Source: an uncultured Candidatus Saccharibacteria bacterium
GTDB lineage: Bacteria; Patescibacteriota; Minisyncoccia; UBA6257; 2-01-FULL-56-20
Direction of reading: 5' to 3'
NCBI GenBank assembly: GCA_964361595.1
Contig: CAYIAX010000001.1
Location: 32,100 to 96,099 of the forward strand
DNA length: 64,000 nucleotides
Positions within the stretch are counted from its first letter, which is position 1. The number at the start of each line of letters is the position of its first letter. Both the position numbers and the translations under genes were made by a program. A model generated the notes under the pieces. That model made no database searches, was not told the DNA's origin, and was given only the letters and a program-made list of their open reading frames with translations. Shown piece after piece: positions 10,606-19,502 of this stretch.

Positions 10606-10950
10606 ATGCTAAACCGAATTCTGCGTTTTAAGCTTGTCGCTGGTTTGGGGCTCGCCGCCATTCTCTTTGTGGCGGGCGGCTGGATCTGGGCCTATTTTAC
10701 CCTGCGGCGCATCGCCCAGCCTTTGATTTTGCACTGGAATGCTTTGATCGGCATTAATCTCGTGGGCGGTTTGAGCGATCTTACAGTCATCGGCATCTTC
10801 GGCTTGTCAATTACGCTCGTCAATTTTTTTATTGCCCTTACACTCGAAGAGCGCGACCGGTTTTTGGGCAAGCTCGTGGCCGGAGCCACATTTTTTTTCG
10901 GACTCTTGCTTTTTATCACGTTCGCAGCTATTATAGGCGTGAACAGTTAG
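10606..10950 (+). CDS. Three-TM membrane protein
   Basis: Hydrophobic segments, LILHWN..GI motif. Confidence 0.7.
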   Translation: MLNRILRFKLVAGLGLAAILFVAGGWIWAYFTLRRIAQPLILHWNALIGINLVGGLSDLTVIGIFGLSITLVNFFIALTLEERDRFLGKLVAGATFFFGLLLFITFAAIIGVNS

Positions 10951-11034
10951 CTTTTAGGTGTTAGCTTCCAGCTTTTAGTAGCTAAAACCTAAAACCTTGA
11001 AGCCCTGCCTGGCGGCAGGCAGGTAAAAGTTATT

Positions 11035-11343
11035 ATGAAATTTGCGGTCATCGAAACGGGAGGAAAACAATATCGCGTAGCGCCTGGGCAGAAAATCCGG
11101 GTGGAAAAGCTTGCCGGCGGCGCAGATTCCACCGTGGTTTTTAACCAGGTGCTTTTGCGCGCGGACGGTAACGATATATCCTTAGGCGCTCCTTACCTTG
11201 AGGGCGGCAAGGTGGAAGGAAAAATCATCCGCCAAGCCCGCGACCGCAAAAAAATCGTTTTCAAGTACCACTCGAAAACCCGTTACAAGAAAAAGAAGGG
11301 CCACCGCCAGCATTTTACGGAGGTGGAAATCACAAAACTTTAA
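11035..11343 (+). CDS. rplU: 50S ribosomal protein L21
   Basis: AVIETGGKQYRV, KKGHRQ. Confidence 0.98.
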   Translation: MKFAVIETGGKQYRVAPGQKIRVEKLAGGADSTVVFNQVLLRADGNDISLGAPYLEGGKVEGKIIRQARDRKKIVFKYHSKTRYKKKKGHRQHFTEVEITKL

Positions 11344-11397
11344 AGGTCATTCGTTTAAATTCGAATTGACATGGCCGGTGAACCTACGGAAGGAGCG

Positions 11398-11652
11398 ATG
11401 AACGACGAGAAGGTTTTGGCGGCGCTCGAGGAGTTCCACGAAGCTCAGCGCAAATTGAAGGAAGCGGTGGCCGAATACAACGCGCGCGCCGAAGTCTTTG
11501 CGGCGGCGATGGGCGAAAGCATAGAGGAAAATCAGCGGCCGAAACTGCCGGAAGATCTGGAAATTAAGAACAGCGCTTTACGCGAGCGCTTGCGCGATTT
11601 GAAATCTACGCAGGGCGGGTACTCGAACCGCCACAGCGGCTCCGAACTTTAA
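11398..11652 (+). CDS. Hypothetical coiled-coil protein
   Basis: SD AAGGAG before ATG 11398; terminator-like hairpin downstream. Confidence 0.55.
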   Translation: MNDEKVLAALEEFHEAQRKLKEAVAEYNARAEVFAAAMGESIEENQRPKLPEDLEIKNSALRERLRDLKSTQGGYSNRHSGSEL

Positions 11653-11721
11653 AAACGAACTTAAAAATCATCCCCGGCGCGGGATGATTTTTTCTTTGCT
11701 CGTGTTAGGATATATCTACTT

Positions 11722-12852
11722 ATGCACAAGCCGATTTTGCTTCTCTTTGGAGGAATTTCGTCAGAACACGAAGTTTCTGTTATTACGGGGTTGCAGGTTT
11801 TAGAGCATGTTGATTTGGCCAGCTATGAACCGCATGTCATTTACGTAGATAAAACCGGCCGGCCTTTTCATCTTCGAAAATTTACAAACCGAAAACAGTT
11901 TTTATCCGCGAGACGCGATGAGATTGCGTTCGGCAAAGACAAGAAGGGCGGTTTTGTTAAGTTAGGGGGATGGGGCGGCACTAAAATTTATCCTTATGCC
12001 GCCTACTTAGCTTTCCACGGGGGATCAGGAGAAGGGGGCGTCCTGCAGGGATTTCTAGAGGCCTTAGAAATACCTTTTACTTCGCCCGACCAAGAAGCTG
12101 CGGCAATTGCAATGAATAAAGAGCTGACGAAACTTGCGATGCGATCTGCGGACATCCAGGTTTTGCCGAGTTTAAGTTTTTACGCCAATGATGTCCGTAA
12201 GCACGTCGAGGAATTTTGCCGAAAGGCTGTCAAAGAATTGGGATTGCCTCTGGTTGTAAAACCGGTACATCTGGGCTCGAGCATTGGTATCCGAATTGCT
12301 AGCACTGATGTCGAGCTCGAAAAATTTATTCTGGAAGCAGCATTTATTGATAAAGAAATATTGGTTGAACCGTGTCTAGTATCTTTTGTTGAGTACAATT
12401 GCTCCGTGCGCCGTATCAATGGAAAGCTTGAAGCGAGCGAAATCGAAAAACCGATCTCTCGAGATGAGATTTTAAGTTTTGCGGACAAATATGAGCGGGG
12501 AGGAAAGAAATCCGGTGCAGGCATGGCTTCGTCGGCCCGCGAGCTGCCCGCCAAAATTGGCCAGGAGTTAAAGTTACTGATTCAGGATACCGCTAAGCAA
12601 GCTTTTGTGGCTTGTCGAGCGAAGGGGATGATCCGGATAGATTTTATGCATGCGAACGGTAAACTTTATCTCACGGAAATCAACCCGATTCCTGGCTCGA
12701 TGGCATTTTACCTTTGGGAAGCGAGCGGCATCCCATTCAAGCAGCAAATCACAGATTTGATCGAACAGGCTGTGATTGATGCCCAAAGTTCAGCCTCGTT
12801 TCGTCTGGAGTATAAATCCAATATCATCGAGCAGTTCCTTTCTTCAGATTAA
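11722..12852 (+). CDS. ddl: D-alanine--D-alanine ligase family
   Basis: GG.SSEHEVS, HGG.GE.G, KP...GSS.G, EINPIPG. Confidence 0.92.
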   Translation: MHKPILLLFGGISSEHEVSVITGLQVLEHVDLASYEPHVIYVDKTGRPFHLRKFTNRKQFLSARRDEIAFGKDKKGGFVKLGGWGGTKIYPYAAYLAFHGGSGEGGVLQGFLEALEIPFTSPDQEAAAIAMNKELTKLAMRSADIQVLPSLSFYANDVRKHVEEFCRKAVKELGLPLVVKPVHLGSSIGIRIASTDVELEKFILEAAFIDKEILVEPCLVSFVEYNCSVRRINGKLEASEIEKPISRDEILSFADKYERGGKKSGAGMASSARELPAKIGQELKLLIQDTAKQAFVACRAKGMIRIDFMHANGKLYLTEINPIPGSMAFYLWEASGIPFKQQITDLIEQAVIDAQSSASFRLEYKSNIIEQFLSSD

Positions 12853-14210
12853 TAATAAAGATCTGTGAGTTCCGGTTCCAATAACAGCACCCATTCTTGC
12901 GGCGGAAATTTTTTCGGCGCGTTTTCAATAAACTCTGAAAGATTTCCGAACAAAGTATATTTCTGCCTGTTTTTTATACCTTGAATGAGATCCGAAGCGA
13001 ATTTACTTTTAAGGATTGCAGTCTGGTCAGCTTTCGTTCCGAGAATTTCTCCCAAGACAATATTTTTATCTGATTCTTCCGGACCTAATTCGGGAATTCC
13101 CGCCATCACAACCAAGAGTTTTTTGTTTTTTTCTCTGGCGAGCGAGCTGGCTGTATTAATTCCGGCTTGGGCGGTTGTGAAGCTGATGTTATAAGAATCA
13201 TCTATACACTCATAGCCGTAAACCAGGCTTATTTTTTGCCTACGCTCGGGCGGTTCCACCTTTTTCAGCGTATCAACGATGAATTTTTGGGGAATATTTA
13301 AAAACTCGGCAACGGTAGCCGCAAAAACTGCATTTGTGTAATTTGAATCAGAGAGTTGGGGTAAATCTGCGGGGCTAAGATAAGTTATTTTATCGCCTAC
13401 CGCGAACCACCGTTCAGGTGCTGGAATCGGGCCAACCAGGTTATACGTTTCCCGAGTGCTAAACAGCGCGGCGTTTGGTTTTGCATAAAGAAAGATTTCT
13501 TTGAGCGTTTTCGCTAGCTTTACCTTGCTGCGGAATCGTTCTAAATGTTGGTCGCCGACGTTCATAATAATCGCGATATCGGGCGGGGCAACTTTACAAC
13601 TTGCTTTAATTTCTCCTTCGTCATAAGCATCCATTTCTACGATTAACAGCTCGGTGGCCGGTTGGAGTGAGTTTTCTATCCAAGCTGCGATCCCCAGCGT
13701 GGTATTTACATTGCCGGGCAACATCTGGGTTCTAAAATTGTATCGAACTAGTTCATAAATGAAATTTTTGGTCGTAGTTTTGCCGAAACTTCCGGCGATA
13801 CCGATTATTTTTAGACTTTTTTGTTTAGCCACCTTGTTTTCGGCCCGGTTAACAGCTCGCACACGCACAATTTTGTGTACGGGCAAAACCAAGGTGTTGC
13901 CCGCTAGCACGAATAGAGGAATTAAGATAAGCCAAACGAATAAAAGAAGTACTTGTTCTCTGGTTTGCAGGTAGAACCAAATTCCCCTCAAAGAAATCAG
14001 CCATAGACCCACAGAAGCAACAAAAATTAATTTTGCGCGAGCTGTGTACTTTAGCCGGTCTCGGATTTGAATATTTCTGCGCCAAAAAAATTTGAGCAAC
14101 CATTTAAGGTAGCGCCGCGTATTGTATTCTTCCTGTTGAAGAATATAAAGAAAGTCGCTCCACGGCAGTATGAAGTTAAATACTCTCGATAAATTTTTTG
14201 ACAATTCCAT
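12849..14210 (-). CDS. murF: Mur ligase (MurF-like) with N-terminal membrane region
   Basis: GIAGSFGKTTTK, GNVNT.LG, VEM, QHLE, IDDSYN. Confidence 0.75.
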   Translation of the reverse strand: MELSKNLSRVFNFILPWSDFLYILQQEEYNTRRYLKWLLKFFWRRNIQIRDRLKYTARAKLIFVASVGLWLISLRGIWFYLQTREQVLLLFVWLILIPLFVLAGNTLVLPVHKIVRVRAVNRAENKVAKQKSLKIIGIAGSFGKTTTKNFIYELVRYNFRTQMLPGNVNTTLGIAAWIENSLQPATELLIVEMDAYDEGEIKASCKVAPPDIAIIMNVGDQHLERFRSKVKLAKTLKEIFLYAKPNAALFSTRETYNLVGPIPAPERWFAVGDKITYLSPADLPQLSDSNYTNAVFAATVAEFLNIPQKFIVDTLKKVEPPERRQKISLVYGYECIDDSYNISFTTAQAGINTASSLAREKNKKLLVVMAGIPELGPEESDKNIVLGEILGTKADQTAILKSKFASDLIQGIKNRQKYTLFGNLSEFIENAPKKFPPQEWVLLLEPELTDLYY

Positions 14211-14838
14211 AAAAAAGGTCAGGTTTTTCTAAGTGCAGATTGTGGCCGGCGTTTTCTATGACTGTTAATTTACTGCTTTTGATTAAATGTTGCATTTCTT
14301 CCGCAATTCGCAAGGGGACTTCTTGATCGTGTTTTCCCCAAACGAGCAGTGTGGGAACAGCCACTTTTGGCAATATATCAGTTTCGTCGAAATTCACCAC
14401 CTTTCGGAAGATCTCGCCCATTTGCGCTTGCTCGGCGTGTTTAAGCTCGCTGCTTTTTATTGGACCGATGGGCGAAAAACCAATGCGTTTTAGAAGTTGT
14501 GCAGCTTTGATTTTTAATTTTATTTCTAGTGTAGGTCGATATAAGCAAGGGGCTCCATGCAAAATCAATCCCTTTAACCAAACAGGCTTTTTACTGGCTA
14601 AGTATCCGGCAACCCGCCCGCCAAATGAATGGCCAAGAAGTACAACATCGTTTTCCGCATGCGCTTTGATTTCAGTTTCGACCCAATCCGCATAGTCTGG
14701 AACCCCCCAAGTGCGAGCGGGGGCAGGTTGGCTGCCAAAGCCTGGAAGATCGAACACTTGAATTTTGGAAAATTTAGCCGCAAAGTTTTCCCAAAAGCTA
14801 GAATTCTGTCCCCAGCCGGGAAGCACAATCATTTTCAT
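14176..14838 (-). CDS. Alpha/beta hydrolase
   Basis: DLPGFG, GHSFGG nucleophile, WG.HD, AGH. Confidence 0.9.
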   Translation of the reverse strand: MKMIVLPGWGQNSSFWENFAAKFSKIQVFDLPGFGSQPAPARTWGVPDYADWVETEIKAHAENDVVLLGHSFGGRVAGYLASKKPVWLKGLILHGAPCLYRPTLEIKLKIKAAQLLKRIGFSPIGPIKSSELKHAEQAQMGEIFRKVVNFDETDILPKVAVPTLLVWGKHDQEVPLRIAEEMQHLIKSSKLTVIENAGHNLHLEKPDLFYGIVKKFIESI

Positions 14839-14845
14839 GAAACTG

Positions 14846-15127
14846 TTATTCTAATGTTCTCAAGAACTTGAGAATAGAATTTCCGGTACTTATCAACCGA
14901 TGGCGTACCGCAGCGCCCTCGGATCGTTTCATAACTAATTCGGCGGCTGCAAGCCGCCTTACGTGTTCAGATATTGTTTTGAAATTTACGTCTAGTGCAT
15001 TTGCTATATCGAAGACCGATAACTCCGGCGAACGGGAAAGCAGGTTTATGATTTCAATTCGCCTGTGGTTTGAAAAGCCCCTTACGATCCTTTCGAGCTT
15101 GTGATATGTACTGCGGTTGCCGTTCAC
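14846..15127 (-). CDS. ArsR-family winged-HTH regulator
   Basis: RRIEII.LL, LSV.DIA..L, TISEHVRRL. Confidence 0.85.
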   Translation of the reverse strand: MNGNRSTYHKLERIVRGFSNHRRIEIINLLSRSPELSVFDIANALDVNFKTISEHVRRLAAAELVMKRSEGAAVRHRLISTGNSILKFLRTLE

Positions 15128-15155
15128 GACTTCAAGTTTAACATATTCAGATTCT

Positions 15156-15187
15156 TTATTCTAATGTTCTTGAGAACATTAGAATAA
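15156..15187. repeat. TTCT-nn-AGAA-centred palindrome; related copies at 14847-14876, 57701-57740 and 62901-62955
   Basis: TTATTCTAATGTTCT-TG-AGAACATTAGAATAA, 15-bp perfect arms. Confidence 0.85.
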
Positions 15188-15230
15188 GACCGATGCAAAA
15201 ATAGTTAGCAAGCCTAAGCCGGTTAAAAAT

Positions 15231-16688
15231 CTACTTAAGGTGGAATCTTAATGCCCCGTTGGGGATGCTATTTTCATCTTTGGATAGTACATAATAAATA
15301 TTTTTCTCTTTTTGTTTTTCCGGACGGAAGGTGTCGGTGATGAACATTGTCGTCTGCGTCGGCATGGGCATACCACGCACATCCACGCCGCCGGCTTCGA
15401 CAATTACGTATTTTGGCACTGTTGCGGGAATGTTATTCAAGGTGCGGCCAAGCTCCACGTAATTTGCGGCGAAAGCTCCTGACGTGTCCGGATTGTTGGC
15501 CCAGAGGATGAAATACGCGCTCCAGGCTTCAAAAATGAAAAGCACGATGAAAACGACGCGGATGGCGGAAAGCCAATGCGAGCTTAAAAATTTAGCAATG
15601 AGATCATGAAGTTTAAGTCCGCCTACGGCGGCGAGAATAATCGCGGGCGGCAGCATGAGAATCGAGCGCAGGGCGTGGGGGATGCCTTCGTTCGAGATCA
15701 CGACCGGCAGCACGGCCAAGACGAGCCAGGCCGAGATAAGCAGATACGGAAAACTTTCGTTTCGATCGCCGGGTGTTTGCTTGCGGCGGAAAATCTTTTT
15801 GACGGCGATGATTATGCCCGTAAGGAAAAAGAGCGCCACCGGCCAGAAAAGCGCGGGCTGGCCAGCCAGATTGTGGCGGGGGTTATAGTCGCCGCTCACG
15901 AAAAACATGCCGACGGTTTTTGCGATATTTCTGCCGAGATCAAGAGCCGCGGAGGAGGAGCTGAAGACTGAAACCTGGGTGGTTCGGCCCATGAAATCGG
16001 CTGGATGTTTTAGATAGTAAATTCCCAAAGGCAATCCTGCGATAAAAGCGGCGATTAAGAAGAGCGCGAGCGATGCGTAGAAGCGTTTGGAGCGGCGCAA
16101 AAATAAGAATGGCAAAAGCAGGAGCGGCATAATCCGATAGGCGATATAGGTATGGAAACCCAGGCCGAAAAAAATTCCGCCGAGCAGGCTGGCCCAGACA
16201 AAATCTTTATCTTCGCGGGCGCGCCGCAGGGCTAAAAGCAGGAAGTAGAGCGCGAAGGCCAGGAAAAACGGCGCGGCAATCGCGCGAAAACCAATGCGAG
16301 AAAACAGCAGGTGCCAAAAGCTCGTGGCCATAAAAAAAGCGGCGAGGAGTCCCGCCCGCACCGTGAATAGTTCCTTCGTGAGTAAAAAAACGCCTAAAAC
16401 AGTGAGTGTGCCTACGATCGCAGAGGCCAAACGCAAGACCCAAGGCTCGTTTTTACCGATGAGCTTAAGAAGCAGCGCCTGAAAGTTTATAAACAAGCCC
16501 TCGCGGCCGTTGTTTTCCGGATAAAAAACCTTGTATTCGCCGGTAGTAATGGCTTCCGAAGCATTGTTGCCGTTCATCGCCTCGTCGGGATAAAGCCCTG
16601 GCGGCAGGGAGCTTAGTTGGTTAAAGCGAAGGAAAATTGCTATGATTAGAATGAAAAATATGACCCAAGCGGCGGAAAGTTTCGGCAT
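15231..16688 (-). CDS. GT-C glycosyltransferase (ArnT/PMT-like)
   Basis: PPGLYPDEA, LRL.SA..G, many TM segments. Confidence 0.85.
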   Translation of the reverse strand: MPKLSAAWVIFFILIIAIFLRFNQLSSLPPGLYPDEAMNGNNASEAITTGEYKVFYPENNGREGLFINFQALLLKLIGKNEPWVLRLASAIVGTLTVLGVFLLTKELFTVRAGLLAAFFMATSFWHLLFSRIGFRAIAAPFFLAFALYFLLLALRRAREDKDFVWASLLGGIFFGLGFHTYIAYRIMPLLLLPFLFLRRSKRFYASLALFLIAAFIAGLPLGIYYLKHPADFMGRTTQVSVFSSSSAALDLGRNIAKTVGMFFVSGDYNPRHNLAGQPALFWPVALFFLTGIIIAVKKIFRRKQTPGDRNESFPYLLISAWLVLAVLPVVISNEGIPHALRSILMLPPAIILAAVGGLKLHDLIAKFLSSHWLSAIRVVFIVLFIFEAWSAYFILWANNPDTSGAFAANYVELGRTLNNIPATVPKYVIVEAGGVDVRGMPMPTQTTMFITDTFRPEKQKEKNIYYVLSKDENSIPNGALRFHLK

Positions 16689-16727
16689 ATTTTAAATTCT
16701 ACTATATACTGCTTATCACTTCTAATT

Positions 16728-17120
16728 ATGCCCGATCAATTTACACCACAATTTGAACACGAGGTTCTGGAGGCCGATATTAAGCGGCTTTCGGCGGAGA
16801 TCCGCAAGCACGAGGGTAAGCCGGAGGCGAAAGCGATGACCGGCCACGAGCTTGTAAAGCAGTCCCTGCAGTCGCTTACGGCTGCGCCGCCGCCGGAACC
16901 GGCTGCGCAATCCGCGGGGCCTTTGCCCGCCTATGCAAGCGATGCTCCGGCCGAAACCAAGCTCGAGGTGGAATATCTTTTAGACATTGCTTTCCACAAG
17001 GGCATTGCCAAAGCCGCCGCGGAAGCTAAAAAATCCAATCCGTTCGTTTTGGACGCATTCCACGATGCTTTAGCGGGCAAGCTTTACCCGGAACTCCAGA
17101 AGCGGGGAATTGTTAAATAG
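16728..17120 (+). CDS. Hypothetical protein upstream of coupling ATPase
   Basis: Clean ORF ending NPFVLDAFHDAL... Confidence 0.7.
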   Translation: MPDQFTPQFEHEVLEADIKRLSAEIRKHEGKPEAKAMTGHELVKQSLQSLTAAPPPEPAAQSAGPLPAYASDAPAETKLEVEYLLDIAFHKGIAKAAAEAKKSNPFVLDAFHDALAGKLYPELQKRGIVK

Positions 17121-17125
17121 GTTTG

Positions 17126-19498
17126 ATGTTTGCATATATTGCAATTGCAGCGTTGGCAGGCGCAGGGCTGGGTGCCGGACTTTTTGTTTGGTTTGTCGGC
17201 GCGCGCAGGCGCTCGCTCTTTCGGTCGCTGGAGCTCGCCTTATATCTCGTGCGCGTGCCCAAAGAGACGCCGCGCGAAGGCGAGAACCGCGATTTCAAAA
17301 CCGAGGTGAATAAAACGGAGCAGCTCCTGTCGTCGCTCTCCGCTTTGGGCAAGCCGTTCGTCTTGGAAATCGCCGTGCCGCATGTGGGCGAAGAAATTCA
17401 TTTCTATCTGGCCGTGCCGCGCAAATTGTCGGAAGTGGCGATTAAACAGGTGCAGGGCTTGTGGACGAATGCGAGCGTAACGCCGGCCTTGGACGATTAC
17501 AATATCTTCAATCCGCACGGCGCGACCGCCGCGGCCTACCTTACGCAAAAAGAAAATAGCGCTTTGCCGATCCGCACATATGCGGAAATCGGTTCGGACA
17601 CGTTCGCCTCGGTGGCCGGGGCGTTCGCCAAGGTGAATGAAATCGGCGAAGGTGCGGCTTTGCAGCTCTTGGTGCGTCCCGCGCCCAAAAAAATCAAGGA
17701 GCGCCTGCAGAATTATGTCGTGAACTTAAAGCGCGGCCGTACGCTTAAAGATGTGTTCGGCCACGAATTTCCGTTTAAGGCTTCCGAGTTGAGCGAAGTT
17801 TTCAATCCCAAGGATCCCAAGCATGAAAAAGAAGAAAAAGTGGTGGATGAGGATGCCGTGAAAGCGCTTGAGGCAAAAATCTCAAAACCGCTTTTTGAAA
17901 CGAATCTCCGGCTTGTCGCTTCCGCCGCGACGCCTTTCCAGGCGGGGGATATTTTAGAAGGTTTGGCGGCGGGTTTTAGCCAGTTCAGCGCGCCCTTACG
18001 GAACGGCTTCCGCATCGTAAAGCCCAAAAACCCCGAACGCGAAGTTTATGCCTTTAGCTTCCGGAGTTTCGATTCTAGCCACATGCTGCTGTTGAATACA
18101 GAAGAAATTGCAAGCTTTTACCACTTCCCGATTTCCTCCACGGAGACGCCTCGGATCAAATGGTTGAAATCCAAAGAAGCGCCGCCGCCAAGCAACCTGC
18201 CCAATTCCGGAATTCTGATCGGCTATGCGACTTTTCACGGCGACAAGCGGCCCGTTTATATCACCGATGAGGACCGCCGCCGGCATGTTTATGTAATCGG
18301 CCAGACCGGCACGGGCAAAACCACGCTTTTGGCCAACATGCTCATCGAAGACATTAAAAGCGGCAAAGGCGTGGCGATTATCGATCCGCACGGCGAGTTT
18401 GCCGAAAACGCCTTGGGCCACATTCCCAAGGAGCGGGCCGAAGATTTGGTTTATTTCGATCCCGCCGACACCGCGCGGCCCTTGGGACTAAACATGCTCG
18501 ACTATAATTTCGACCGGCCGGAAGAAAAAACTTTTATCGTGAACGAGATGCAGAGCATCTTCAACCGGCTCTTCACGGCCGAGACGATGGGGCCGATGTT
18601 CGAACAGTACATGCGGAACGCGCTCTTGCTGCTCATGGAAGACATGGTGAACGAGCCAGCCACCTTAATCGAGGTGCCGCGGATCTTTACCGACAGCGAA
18701 TTCCGCCGCCGCAAGTTGGAGCGCATCCGGAATCCCGTCGTGATTGATTTCTGGGAGAAGGAAGCCGTGAAGGCAGGCGGAGAAGCTTCTTTGGCCAACA
18801 TGACGCCTTACATCACTTCCAAATTCAATAATTTCATCTCGAACGACTACATGCGGCCGATCATCGGCCAGCCGAAATCGGCTTTCAATTTCCGCGACGT
18901 GATGGACTCGGGAAAAATTTTGATTATCAACTTGGCCAAAGGCCGGATCGGGGACATTAACGCGGGACTTTTGGGCATGATTATGACGGGCAAGCTCCTC
19001 ATGGCCGCCCTCTCGCGCGTGGACATTGCGGACACTTCGAAGCGGCGCGATTTTTATCTTTATATCGATGAGTTCCAGAACTTCACGACCGATTCGATCT
19101 CGACGATTCTCTCCGAAGCCCGCAAGTACCGTTTATCCCTGACTTTGGCTCACCAGTTTATCGCCCAGCTCGAAGAAAAGATCCGCGATTCGGTTTTCGG
19201 CAACGTCGGTTCGCAAATCGTGATGCGCGTGGGCGTGCAGGACGCGGAATTTTTGGTCAAACAATTCGCGCCAATCTTCAATGAGAACGATTTGATCAAT
19301 ATCGACAATTTGAATGCTTATGTAAAGATTTTGATCAACGGCGAAACTTCCAAGCCCTTTAACATCAAAGTTGATACCGCCTCGTGGGCGCCCGGCAACC
19401 GCGAGTTGGCGGAGAAACTCAAAGAATACTGCCGGCTGAAGTACGGCGCCGACCGCGCGACCGTGGAAGACGAAATTTACCAGCGTTTGCGGGTATAA
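17126..19498 (+). CDS. VirD4/TraD-like (HerA/FtsK-type) coupling ATPase
   Basis: RH.YVIGQTGTGKT, IIDPHG, LYIDEFQ, SEARKY, AHQ; N-terminal TM. Confidence 0.88.
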   Translation: MFAYIAIAALAGAGLGAGLFVWFVGARRRSLFRSLELALYLVRVPKETPREGENRDFKTEVNKTEQLLSSLSALGKPFVLEIAVPHVGEEIHFYLAVPRKLSEVAIKQVQGLWTNASVTPALDDYNIFNPHGATAAAYLTQKENSALPIRTYAEIGSDTFASVAGAFAKVNEIGEGAALQLLVRPAPKKIKERLQNYVVNLKRGRTLKDVFGHEFPFKASELSEVFNPKDPKHEKEEKVVDEDAVKALEAKISKPLFETNLRLVASAATPFQAGDILEGLAAGFSQFSAPLRNGFRIVKPKNPEREVYAFSFRSFDSSHMLLLNTEEIASFYHFPISSTETPRIKWLKSKEAPPPSNLPNSGILIGYATFHGDKRPVYITDEDRRRHVYVIGQTGTGKTTLLANMLIEDIKSGKGVAIIDPHGEFAENALGHIPKERAEDLVYFDPADTARPLGLNMLDYNFDRPEEKTFIVNEMQSIFNRLFTAETMGPMFEQYMRNALLLLMEDMVNEPATLIEVPRIFTDSEFRRRKLERIRNPVVIDFWEKEAVKAGGEASLANMTPYITSKFNNFISNDYMRPIIGQPKSAFNFRDVMDSGKILIINLAKGRIGDINAGLLGMIMTGKLLMAALSRVDIADTSKRRDFYLYIDEFQNFTTDSISTILSEARKYRLSLTLAHQFIAQLEEKIRDSVFGNVGSQIVMRVGVQDAEFLVKQFAPIFNENDLINIDNLNAYVKILINGETSKPFNIKVDTASWAPGNRELAEKLKEYCRLKYGADRATVEDEIYQRLRV

Positions 19499-19502
19499 GC
19501 AC

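Noticed and set aside
17126-19498. Conjugative element
   Set aside because: Only a VirD4-like ATPase; no relaxase, VirB4 or mating-pair genes nearby.
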